DNA of 61,179 nucleotides, counting the filler, from Dimargaris cristalligena (lineage: Eukaryota), in assembly GCA_003614675.1 (NCBI GenBank). It is 2 parts of 2 records of this genome, joined end to end, with 100 filler letters (N's around TTAATTAATTAA, not from the genome) between each part and the next. Parts side by side here need not be neighbours in the genome. Positions count along the whole stretch, not along the records: positions 1 to 30,542 come from ML002456.1; 1 more part is not named here. One strand, written 5' to 3'. Positions 13,981 to 26,141 of this stretch are shown here, in pieces. Below the pieces are notes generated by a model. That model saw nothing but the letters and a program-made list of their open reading frames with translations, made no database searches and was not told where the DNA came from. A program made the translations under genes and the position numbers. Within the stretch, counting starts at the first letter, position 1. Each line of letters opens with the position of its first letter.

Positions 13981-14692
13981 ATGGCTTCGGGTTACGGTTA
14001 CAAAGGTACCTTACCTATATCATCAGCCCGTCCGAATCAAGCCTTCCGATACCTATTTGAAATTATCACCCCGCCCATGGCTAATCTCCCGCCCCAGTGC
14101 CAGGCGAAACCGAGGCGGGGAATAGCAACCCCATTCCCCTTATTCTTTTCCCACCCCCCCAGTCGCTAACTGAGAGTCTATTCTGGTTTGCCATGGCATT
14201 GTAAATCTAGGTCCCAATCGCTGCTTCGCTTTCTGGCAAGACTTCCTCAAGTGCTATAACCAGGCCGATAAGGTTACTGACTGCAACCTTTACCGCGAGG
14301 ACTATTTTGAATGCCTCCACCCCACCAAAGAGGTTCGTTCATTTACAAGTATTATCTACAAAACCACCGTTACCCTCTTTACGGAACGGAGCCTAAATAT
14401 CCCACCGTGCTTTAATTGATACACTTGAATACGAATAATGTATCACCTAGGCGGCATTCTCCTATATAGTCCATGCCAAAACGGATAAGGGTACACCTGA
14501 AAATCTGTACACTTATTGTTATGAATGTTAATGTTTTGCCAAACTGTCTCCATGATTGAATTCTACCTCTATGACGTCCACTTATAGGTCCAGCGTGTCA
14601 AGACCATCATTGAAGAGGCCGATCGGCAGAAGAAGGCCAATGCTCAGTCGAGCGAGAAATCCAACGGCCTGAACATTTTGTCGAAGGACTAG
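13981..14692 (+). CDS. NDUFS5: NADH:ubiquinone oxidoreductase accessory subunit NDUFS5 (twin CX9C, 83 aa); exons 13981-14005, 14211-14332, 14588-14692
   Basis: Spliced product MASGYGYKGPNRCFAFWQDFLKCYNQADKVTDCNLYREDYFECLHPTKEVQRVKTIIEE...SKD*. It has the fungal MASG start, a twin CX9C motif and EDYxECLH. Not represented as such in the ORF track. Confidence 0.93.
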
Positions 14693-15612
14693 ATCCCTGC
14701 CATCAAGGCGGCGGGGCAATCACGTCTAATTTCCTCAAGCAGGGGTGATTAGTCAACCAACTCCATCCTCCCCTCTCTACAGGGTGGTGTAATATAGTGT
14801 TGGCTAGACGAATTTGCCTTATTTTCTTTTTTTATAGGCTTAGGCATGGTTCAATTCGACGTTTCTTTGCGTCCAGCTACTGCCATACCCGTCGGCCGTA
14901 TCAGCCCCGCTCTTTATTTTGATGAGGTCCGATGATCTACTTCATTTTATTTATATTTTCGGTCTTTTGATTTTTAGACACCCCTCTCTCCCTCCCTCTT
15001 TTTCCAAAGGATGATTTCATTCAAAGTATAATAGAAATTCGACATTCTTACTAAAAAGGGATAAAGTCCTCTAAGTAATGGTGGCTATATTGGTACTCGA
15101 CATACATGTTACGGATGGTGATTTAATTACGGGAAAAGTTCATGGCAAATTCCAAATCCAAATCTGGGTTCGTGTTCAGACATGATATTTATACGCACAG
15201 CGAGGTTTACTAGTGATATGTTACTACACCTTATAAATGAACATGTATAAATACTTGTACCATAACTTGATGGCGGGGATGCGATTGAGGATATTCCCCG
15301 AATTAAAAGAGGTTGGGAGAGTATGGCGGATTCTATTTATAAATTATAATGGGTGACGCTGTTAGCTATTAATACAAAATTATTGAATATATGTATACGT
15401 AATGGAAAATGATATTTAGGAAGGACTCATGGTTACTTTAAAAAAAAAAAGAAACACCAAAAAAAAAAAGAGATTGCCACTAGCATCGGAGCAATGATCG
15501 AATAAAGCAGACTCCCGGAAATGCGACCAGAGTTTCGTAAACTAAATGGACCGTAAAGCAAAAAATAATAATCTTATAAATCTATCGGAACCAATCGATG
15601 TAAGACATATTA

Positions 15613-17689
15613 CTAGGCGGACTTTTCAGGTGCGTGTTTGCGAATCATAGATAAGACACCCTCATAGACCAAAAAATTAAGCGAATGGATAGGGAACGCC
15701 CGTATTAAAGTCACACTAATGCCCCGGTAGAGGGAGACTATTCCCCGCTGTCGGTACAAGTCAGTGAAGCAGTCGAGGAACCCCCGGTACCGAACTAGGT
15801 GGCTAGGTAAGAGAGCATCCTTCTGGATCGTGGATTTGACCAAATCGATGGGGAATATAATAAGCCAGGAAAAAACCCCGCAGATACCACCGGATAGGAA
15901 AAAGGTTAAGGGCCCCGGGGGTGATTCGGGGGACGACATGAGTCGTTTAATCGTCTCGTAAGTGCAGAAGTAAATACCGGTGCCCAGGGAATCGCGCACT
16001 ATACCATTTTGAGAAAGGGATGTGGGGAGATCGGAGGAGTGCCAATATAGGACAAAGTATTTTTGAAGAATCCCAAAAATGCATTTCTCTGGGTTAGTAT
16101 CTAGAGCTCAGTGTGGGATTTGGGCCAGCTCACAACCGGGATCAACGATCAGGTATCCTTTACCAAAGTAATATAGCATATACATATACATATATATATA
16201 TAAATATGATAATGTCATATCACTTACACATATGAGAGAAAAGACCCTGGTAAAGTCCGCGAACCCCACGGAGCGCATACAGGTCTTTAGCGGCCTGCCA
16301 ACTGGAAGTGTTGCCGAGTGTAGCCGGTCGCGCTGACTTGCCAATTTCCTTCGGTAGGTTTGACACTGGTGCTGGGGGAGCAGAAGTCCGGGGTGGTAAT
16401 TTAGAGGTTGGTGGTGGGCGTTCATTAGGTGTATCCGTCAACGATCCGGTCAATATCGATGATGGAGGGGCGGTCCGTTGGCTAGTATAAGAGAATGACC
16501 GTGCCCCACCTTTGGTACCCTCACCCAAAGCGGCTACCGATGGCAGTGGTGCTTTACCGCCGGATTTGCTAAACTTAGGCGACTGCTGTTGAAGGTGATG
16601 CTTAAGCCGCTGAGCTTCCAGGGCCGCATGAGTGGGTAGTACAGGTGACCCCGCCAGGGCATTGGTTTTGACGAGTAGCTGCTCCAGCTGTTTCTGGACC
16701 TTAACTAGTTCAAACGGGCAGCTCAGGAACGCCAAAAAGCCTCCACTAGCTGCCCCAGCGAGAAAACAGAGTAGTGAATAGGAAGGCAAGTGGGTGCTGT
16801 CAATCGGACACCACGGGGCGCGGATAACGGTTTGTTTGATGTTTTCGTAAGTTGAAAAGGAAATGCTCTTGACCAGCGAAACGGTGATCAGCGGGGGGAT
16901 CATGCCTAATTAACGTTGGATAAACGAGTGTAGTTGTAGGAATTTTGGATTAGAGACCAGTAGATTATCAAATGCAATTCAGAAAAGGGTTAGGCATGAT
17001 CCAAAAACATACCGGCACTTCGATACAGTCCGCAGTGCTCCGGTAAAGTGCACTGCGCATCGGTGCTTTGAAAATGCCGTCAAGATCGACGCCAATGATC
17101 TGATCCATATTGATATCTTCTCCTTGGGTTGTATGGATTGCCTCATGGGGCAGTCCTCTTACGTACCTCTGAAGTAGCCTCGTATTCCTTCATCCCGATA
17201 TGTGATGCGGGCACAATCGATCAGTGAGTTATAGTTGTGGGTCTGCATGCGCGTCTTAATAGTATCGAACTAAACCAGTCAATAGTCGAGTGGTGATTTG
17301 CCATACACATATGATAGAGCAAGAGCATAGATCATAGTTAGTAAATAAAACTCCCCCGGTAATCACCAAGTAAATATCAAAACACGGGCCCTCTCTCTCT
17401 CTATATATATATATATAATTTTAGAAGGTAATACGTACCGGAAACCCTGCCACCACACCGCAAACAGCCGCTGCCGAGGCCGCCGTGATTGTACGATGAT
17501 CTATACGAAGTAGTATTTCGATAAAGCCCGATTCATGGTAATATTTTAGGTTTAGTGATCCAACAATTCAATATTATTCAGCTTGCTGCTGGAGATAGAT
17601 TGGCTTAATTAAACCCACTCATTTTTGAATACCCATACCCCGCTAAGTAATTTAATATTGAATTGCAACTTACCCGCAACAATAGACAT
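15613..17689 (-). CDS. Mitochondrial carrier (SLC25; carnitine/amino-acid carrier-like group); exons 17689-17674, 17500-17439, 17269-17167, 16905-16228, 15998-15613. The start codon could alternatively be at 17752.
   Basis: Three carrier signatures: PFDTIKTRMQ, PFELVKVQKQ and PIDLVKSTIQ. Also EGIRGYFRG, RGVRGLYQG, RGIVSLYRG, RDSLGTGIYF and RAFP. Substrate not determinable from sequence. Confidence 0.92.
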
Positions 17690-19117
17690 GGCAACCTTGG
17701 ATAGCGGCTGGCGCGACGGAGGGGAATTATCTTTAGATTCCGAAAGAGACATGGCGGCCGGCAATCATAGCCACAGGTTGACGAGCGGTGTGTGTTCGTT
17801 AGCTATGGTAGTAGGGGCCGAATATGTCGGGAAGTGAATGGATTTTGGATGTTATTAGCCATAGCGGTTACATAAGTTTAGATGGACCAATTGCAAGTAA
17901 GGAGACATCGGGCCGAACAGGTCAGCTATCCAAAAATCAATTGATGCCCATGGCTGTCTAAGCCGGGTGAGTCGGGTATTGCTGGGAAAGGGGGGGGCAG
18001 GTCGTCTCACCCTGCAAAATAATTATTCAGTAAACCAAAGGGTGCGCCGCTACCCCTTAAGCAAAGGGGCAGGCGGGTAGAGTGTAACCCAATAAACCGG
18101 GGATGGTTTCGGTTAAACAGTAGGTCTTTCACAGTAATTCCCGAGAATGGTCTAGCACTTTGACCAATGGCCTGCTACTTAACGCCTTTACCTACCTATT
18201 AGAAAGTCGGCTAGATTTCGGGCAAACTATATAGTGTTGGGCAATTTAGGGATGGGGCCGGGTTGGAATGGGCCAATGGGTGAAGTAGGGGTGAGAACGG
18301 TAGGCAATGATGAGGAGAAGGTTAACTTTGGATATAGGGAGGGAGGTGGATATAAACAAAAGCTGGACTATAGGGGAGGAGGGGGCGAGCAGTAGAAGAC
18401 ACCCGGCCAAATGCAAGAACTAAAGGGAGTGGAGGGGGGAGAGTATAGGACTAAAACGGTATAGTATAGTAGTAAGTAGGCTAATGGGGCTGGAATAGCT
18501 GCGTTTACTTCATATTTTGGCTGGGATACTTGAACTCTCGGGGGGTTTTATATGGTGGAATATAAATGAGTGCGGAGCCGCCCATATTTAGTTGGTGTGC
18601 CCAAAGGGGGTGTTAAGTTGTAAATGGGAAAGAGATGGTCAAATAGTATCCGTGGATTATCTATTTAATGACCCACCAATCTAACTAGGGCTGCCGGCCC
18701 ACGTGATTACAGGGGGCTATGCTTCGCCCAGCTTGTGAACTAGTGGGCAACACAAGTGAGAAAAGTACATTGCGCTAGAGAATGAATTATAATAATGTTT
18801 GTAATAGGGATAGCGAATTGCAAATGGATTTGGCACCCCCGTCACGCATTATCTCAGTTCAACTTGGTATTGTAGATGCATAGGCCCAGATTCCCAGGAC
18901 GTTAATATATTTCAAAAACTGAGAGGATAATGTCCTATAAAAAAAGGGCGAAATTCACCCCTGGCAGAGAAACCGGTTCTCTACACCGGCTAAGGAGGGA
19001 CACAGGTTAAACAACATTGGTTTATTATAGTATATATGGTCAAGGTAAAAACAACCACTAGGTTCGAGCTACAATCCATAAACAGCGTATATCATCTCTC
19101 TCCTTGGTGGTATCTAT

Positions 19118-21136
19118 TTAGGCCGTGTAGGTACATTTGACGTGCAGGTCATCGATGGTGGAATATAAGTGGCCTTCATTAGTCAGCAACTCGACGGTCT
19201 GCATGACCTCATCCGGGGAATAGACCCCGCGCATTTGCTGGCAGATATGGGGAATGTTGGCCCCTTCGTCGCGGTCGCTGAAACGCTGAATTTGTTCGAG
19301 AACCTTGTCCTGGATGGTGGTAAAGCCGCTGACTGTACCATCCCCAGTCACGGGCGCACTCGAGGCGACTGGGGCGGCCTGATAGGTGCCGCTACCACCC
19401 GAAAGACTAAAATCGGTGTTGGCGGTGGGCATGCCCGGGCCGGAAGTCTAATGATAGGCAGTGATCCCGATGTTACAGAGTTGGTATTGGTATATGTATA
19501 TACACATCGATCAAAATGTAATAATATGAATACAGAGTTCGGGCACAAAAATAAAAGAGTTAACATAACCAACCAGTTACTCATAAGTGCGTGGTTATTA
19601 AATGTAAAAAAAAGTCACCCCGGGTATTAATGGGGTAGTGGCGATATTCTTACCTTGGTACCGCGGGTTAATTCCAAGTGGGTGTGGATGACATGGAGGA
19701 AGTGGTAGGTGATTTCGTTCATATCGTCAATTGGCCGGAGTTTACTAACGTAGATCTGCCGTTTGCCATTGTAGTTACGGACTTGGGCGATTACCCGGGC
19801 ATAGGTGTTTTCACTGTTTAAAAGACACGTCAATTATTATCCGGATCAGAAATATATATATATATATATATATATTCTCCTCCCAAGGGGAAGGTGTATG
19901 GTATACAATTTAGTGATTAGGCGAAAAAAATGGTGTACATGCAGGATATACATGTTGAATCCCTAGGCAGTCTAGTTGGTTAGCCTTAGATAAAATTCCT
20001 CGATTGGAGTCAACTATCAAGGTTGTAGTATAAGTGAATCCCAGACAAATCACCACTTACGGGAAATTACTGGCTTCTTCGAAAGCGGGATCGGCGCTGT
20101 CACCGTTCATGGACATGCGAGATTCAATGGCACCAGTACCATCCTCCAACGTGAAGGCGATGAAAGTAGTTTGAGGAGCAACCTTACGAACATTGGCCAC
20201 AAATACCACCTGCGTACGCGAAAGATAAGGAGAGGCAAATCAGATCAGGTCGAAACCGGGTGTGAAATGTATCCCAGCAATAAGCAAACGGTAGATTAAT
20301 ACGGGAGGTTCACAATTAGCTACCGCAGCAAATAATCGGTCGCTGATTGGGGTCGATTTGGGAAAGGCGAGGCAGAAATAATCGACTAGGCTCCATTAAT
20401 ATATATATATATATATGTCTATTAGATAGGTGGTTGAAGCATACCTGAGTCAGTTCATGGTCATCTAGTTTAATATTGGCGTCATTGTGCTCGGGCTGAA
20501 TGTTCAGCAACTGACGAATGGTCACAGGGCGGATGGTTTGGGCCGAAATACCACCGCGCTACCATGAGAATACCGGAGATTATCGTTTAGGAAAAGGGTA
20601 TTTCGAAAGTAAAGTAAACAGTAAAGACACGATGAGTTGTTGGGACAATAGATCAGGATCGTTGATTCTTAGAGGAAGATCAACCAGGTCTCCAATCGGC
20701 TAAGGATCAATTAAATGTGGCCGAAGACCCGATCAGTACTCAACCATTTGAATTCTGGAGTTATCGTGGCACTCACCTTAGATGTACCGCTTTCGTTGGC
20801 GTTAAAAGGCGACTGTTCAACGAAGCCGCCGCCGAATCCGCCGCCGCCGGAATTATCCATGTTGCCAAACGTAGTTTGACCACCGAAGTTCTGGTTCATA
20901 CCGCCGAAAGCTAACCAGAGGGTATAATAATAATGATAATAAATTTATGGAGGCAGTTTTCGGCGCGGTTATTACATTAGAATTTAGGTTAGGCCGGGGC
21001 AGTGGGCCTTCCGACTTTAGGGGTGTTTCTGCAATAAGCGTGTGGGTGCCAATCCGACCACCCTTACACCATAGTTGTGGTAGATTAGCTCGAGCGGGAC
21101 ATAAAACTGAACGGACAATGGTCACTTACAAGACAT
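19118..21136 (-). CDS. RFA2: Replication protein A 32-kDa subunit; exons 21136-21130, 20910-20777, 20558-20445, 20209-20061, 19813-19654, 19447-19118
   Basis: Gly-rich N-terminus (GGGFGGGF..SP), OB fold (IRPVTIRQLL, FTLEDGTGAIE, DMNEITYHFLHVIHTHL) and a C-terminal winged helix (LTNEGHLYSTIDDLH). Confidence 0.95.
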
Positions 21137-22983
21137 TGTTAATCACACAAGCGTGGGGGATTAATGTAGAAAGGTTGTTGGATCGGGTTTGAGCTGGGCT
21201 TTCAACCGAATGGGGGACGTGGTGGACGCGTAGAAGAAAGTAACGGGAGAAAGGTGGATACGGCGGGTTTACGGTTCCACTTGGGTAGTTTAATTAGAAG
21301 GGGTGAAATGAACGAAGGAGGTCGAATGGAAGGGATAATAGAGGTTGTTAAACCAATGGCCAAATGAAAAAGTAAGTGTAGCTTGATTGTGAGGAATGGG
21401 TAAGGAAGACTAACAACAACAGTAGTACAGTAGGGCCTTCTCCCATATATTGCTAAGGAGTAGCTGCTGGTTGTTGACACTTGGGTTGCTGCGCCAGTCC
21501 ACTGGTGAGCTTAAAAAGAAGCCACTATTAGGCTCCAAATAAAATCCCCTTCCCACATTTTCCATGGCTGTCAAAAATAGAAGTCCCAAAACATCCCATT
21601 CCGCTAGGGCTTTTCTATGGTAGGGCACATTTATACCGTCATTATAACCAGTTTAGATTTCTCTAAATTAGGGGAGAAATATGTAATGTGCAGAGCCAAG
21701 TAAGAGATTTAAAACATTCTGCTTAAGTTAAGGCCACGACGGGTCATCATTTAGCTGCTCCTTGTGTCTCCATTGGTCAAACCGAGTCGGGGAGATACCT
21801 ACACTCCTCTAAAGGCATATGGGCCCCCAGGTGGCATGGATAAATAATGGCAGGAAGAAGGCGTGCTGTACTAATAATTGGAGTGGAAATAGTGCGCTAT
21901 CGAGCTTTTGAAACCCTACAGAGCCTTTCTGTGGTTTCTGCCTGTTTACTTGGACTTGTTTTAATAGTTTGAATACTACACCCTTTCCAAATATTAAAGG
22001 CCTTGGGGCTTTGCCATAGAACCATATAGAGGAATAAACACCCCTTCTAGTCATACAACGCCCCTTGCAGCATTGGTTAGGGTGCAGGCCTACCCGCTCA
22101 CGTGCAGAGAAACATGATGAATTCCCCTCCCTTTATTTTCCGCTGGTACTTTACTTGTGTGTTACTGTTTTTTTCCAACTGGCTGGCCCCAAGGTTCCGA
22201 ACTTGCAGTCTACCGTTTGCTATTTCAAATTCACTTCGAGACGGCCGGTTTCGGCTGCTCGGGATATTGGGGCAGTATACCTTATCCCTTGCTGACTTCC
22301 AAACTTCTTTCATTAACTCAAGCCAACCCTCCTTAGTCTGAATTGCCACACCTTCCAAAACTGCCACCGGCTTGCATGGCCGGTTGTGGCGGTCCCCCAC
22401 CCAGTTGTTTTTTACTTATATAAAACGGCTGCTCTTTCTTTGGTTACTCTCGTCGTGTGGTGTGGGCTAGAGACGGCCACTACCCACTCGTTGTCTCCTC
22501 TTCCTTTGTATTCGCCAGTCCAGTTGTTTGTTTGTACAAACCCCGCCTCTATTGGAGAAAAAGCCCTTCCCGAAGGAAACCCCAGCCCAGCCCAGACCTA
22601 CCTTGGTCAACTGTCTCAAACCCTTGGTGAACCACCCAGCGCCCACTTGGGCAAGGCCCTGGACCCTCCGCTTCTTTTCCCAGGCGCTATTGGACTAACG
22701 CGGCTCTATCACTGTAGACGAAGGGAAGAGCAACCAACCTTCACCACTTTGCTGCTCTCTATTTTCCGGGTACTTGGTCCTTGTGTGTGCTCTTTTTTCC
22801 TCGTCTTTACCCCACCACACCTCCTCCCTCTGCTCTCTTCCATTGGGTCTGCGCTCTTGACTGTAGCCAACCGCATTCCCTCCTCTCTCCTATACCTTCA
22901 TTGTGCATCGTTCTTAGTCAGTCAGGGAACGTCCTTTTCACCGGTACACCTCACTTCTACTCCTTTCTCCATTCCCCGTCAAG

Positions 22984-25900
22984 ATGCCCAAAGCCAGACG
23001 CCCGTCGGTGGCCTCCTCCGCTGCTTCACCGGGCCCCGACTGGTCGGGCGCGGCCCTTTCCGCCTCCACTTCCACGACCGCCTATTCCGCCTCCGGGAGT
23101 CCCAGGGATCGTTTATCCGCCACACCGTCGTATACGGAACACACCGAGCTGCAGGGGTCGGTCATGCCCATGCCCATGGCCACGGCCAACGGACCCAGCC
23201 CGCTCTCGGCGGTAGGCGGGCGGTCGAATAGCAGTAGCACTCCCGCCAGAGAATCCAAAACCAACGGAGGCGCGCGGTCCCGCACCGCCAACTCGGGCCA
23301 CTCCCGGTCTTCTACAACGGTCACCGGGAATGAAGTCACCGAATGCACCCATGTGACCCCCGCCAAAGCCCAGGTTCTGGCCCAGCGCTACCGGGTATTT
23401 GTCAAATACGCCTTATTCCAAAAACACCACCACCATTTCCTAGGCCGGTTCCGGGCTAACCAGAAGCAACCCCCAGGGCCCAAGTCGGCTAAACTGCTTA
23501 AACTGGAGGCCAAGCGTGACGCTATTCTTAAAAAGGTAAATAGGTTACTTGATGTGCCACAGTCTTTTTTCTCTCTCATCTATTATTCAACCGCACCCCA
23601 GCCCTCCTCGCCATTAAGCAGACTAGCTGCGAACATTAAGAGTGCTGCCGGATTATTTAATTGGCTGGTTCGAGATATACTGCTCCAGTGACATGGGTGC
23701 CTATTACTTAGTTCATATAGTCGACCAACGCAGTCCACAGAGAAAGAGAGAGAGACTTACGTGCGGAATCAGCCGCGCCATAGGCTAATATCCCCGCGAC
23801 TATTCACTGCTCCCGACTTTCTGCAAATCCAGATCCCGTATCCCCAATGTAGTATGTGTGATTCTTCCCTTGGGCGACTATTGTCCTGTCTACACTGTGA
23901 CTTCGTAGGCTGTTGGAAAAGAAACCATCTTCGGCGTCATCAATCGACTTCGAAACACACTCTGGGTAAGCAGCATCATGGTAGTACTCGTATTCCGATC
24001 ATTAAGACCCCTCTTACTCCTCCGGCTGACCACTAACCCCCCCAACTTGCCATCCTCTGGGTTTTTTTCTTACCGCCCCCTGATCCCGAACCGGTTTAAT
24101 ACATTCACTCACCGATTGGTCATAGCTGTCGAGTTCAACACTCATTCGGTTTTCTGCATGACTTGCGGGGACTTTGTGTACTACCACAATTTCGAGGAAA
24201 TCCTCCGTCAGGAGAAATTCAAAATGTACAACCGCCTCTGTCAACTGACCGAACCCCTCACCGAACGCATGTCCGCTCTACAATGTCTCGCGGCACCCAG
24301 CTCCACGGTCGGCAGCGAAGGGTCGGACCACGACTCCAGCCTCGCCTCCACCCCAACCGCCGGGCCCAGCCCGGTCAGTCCATGCGAGGGTATCCGCGGC
24401 CTTCGCAACATGGGCAGTACCTGTTTTATGAACGTCATTCTACAGGCCTTTATCCACAATCCCCTCCTACGCGCCCACTTCCTCAGCGACCCCCACAACG
24501 CCCACCAGTGCTCCCGGGACGCCTGCATCGCCTGCGAAATGGACAGTCTCTTTAACCAAATATTCTCGGGTGATCCAGCACCGTTCGGCCCGTCCACTTT
24601 TCTGCGCTCGATTTGGCAGTCCTCCACCGAACTGGCGGGTTATTCCCAGCAGGATGCCCACGAGTTTTTCATTACGGCCCTGAACCAGATTCACTCGGGG
24701 CTCAGCCAGAATGAACACACGTTGGGTTGCTACTGCGTGGTCCACCAGACTTTCGCGGGCTTGCTCCAGTCCACCGTCACCTGTCGGAGTTGCGGCCACG
24801 TGGCGACGGCCCACGACCCCATGCTCGACATTTCCCTCGATATCCGCCCCCTGCCCCGCCGACCTAAAAAAGGAGGGGCTAACGGCGGGACGGCCCCGTC
24901 CCATAACCCACCTAATAACAATAACAGTAACAGTAATAATAATAATAATAATATTGCTAAGTTCGAGATACCACACTCACTGGTGGATTGTCTACAACGG
25001 TTCACCAGCCCCGAATCCCTGGGCTCCCAGGAATACCACTGTGGATCGTGTGGGTCGGCCTGTCGGGAAGCGAGTAAACAAATGCTTATCAAACTCCTTC
25101 CACCGGTCCTTAGCTTTCAGTTGAAACGGTTCGAACATAATGCGAGTGCGAGTAAAATCGAAACTTTCATTCGGATTCCGTCGGAATTAGACATGACCCC
25201 GTTTACTACCCAACATGTCCGACCCGCCGATGGTACAGATACCAGTAGGTAAGTAGTGACTGGGCAGGAAGGTTCTTGATTACCTGATATTGATTGCATC
25301 AATTATATGTACGAGCCCATGTGTACTTACCCAATTGGGATTGATCGAAGCCGGAATATGCGAATGCATCCGTTCCCTAATCCCCACCCCTAACCGTAAC
25401 TAACCTTTGAATTATTGTCAATCATCATTAACCATCTACTGTGGTCATGATCATGCACTTATTTACCACTCCCCACCCGGCCTCTGGACATCGACGGATC
25501 ATCTTGGTTCGGTATAAGCCTACCCTATTCCAATCCGGCCTGCCACTACCAGCTGTTTGCCGTGATTAATCATGAAGGCAGCTTGGAAACGGGTCACTAC
25601 ACCATGTACGCGATGCATCGCAAGGAGGTAAGAAATTTATCTTTGTAACGTAATTACAGTGACTTATTCAGATATCTGGCTTTGTCGGTGATTGCCATAG
25701 ACGGCCCAATAACCACTTTCAAAACTCCGATGCTGTCGTTTCTCCCAAACCACATTGATTCCCGCTAATTCTGATTTTGTGAGTGTCTACGTCCTTATAT
25801 TAACTATGGGTGGGTACTCCGATCTACACTATGCCTTCCAGTGGTTCCGGTTCGACGACCATTTAGTAACTGTAGCCAGTCTTTCCGACGTCCTAAAAAA

Positions 25901-26141
25901 TAACGCGTAAGTATAAGATTCCTAGCACCATGGCTTTAATTATTGACAGCCGAATCCACCAAACCATCTGCAATGGCTCTCCATGGATGGCACGTGGCTG
26001 AAATTTTATTTGGATATTGGTAGATTTTTACTAACTTAACCTATTTATTTTTTTGGTTGTCTATGGGAAATAATGCCTTCACCATCTTTCAGGTACATGT
26101 GTTTTTACGTCAAGTCTTATCTCGACTATATCCCTACATAG
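22984..26141 (+). CDS. UBP8: Ubiquitin-specific protease Ubp8/USP22 (SAGA deubiquitination module); exons 22984-23535, 23833-23965, 24126-25248, 25519-25627, 25842-25906, 26093-26141
   Basis: ZnF-UBP (CTH...CSMC...CLHCDFVGCW..H...H...FCMTCGDFVY), Cys box GLRNMGSTCFMN, QQDAHEF, His box HEGSLETGHY, WFRFDD and YMCFY. Contains a poly-Asn tract. The exon 4 acceptor is AAG and less certain. Confidence 0.94.

Noticed and set aside
22113-22300. Box C-like ATGATGA between RFA2 and UBP8
   Set aside because: No suitably spaced box D with a terminal stem, and no recognisable rRNA guide sequence.
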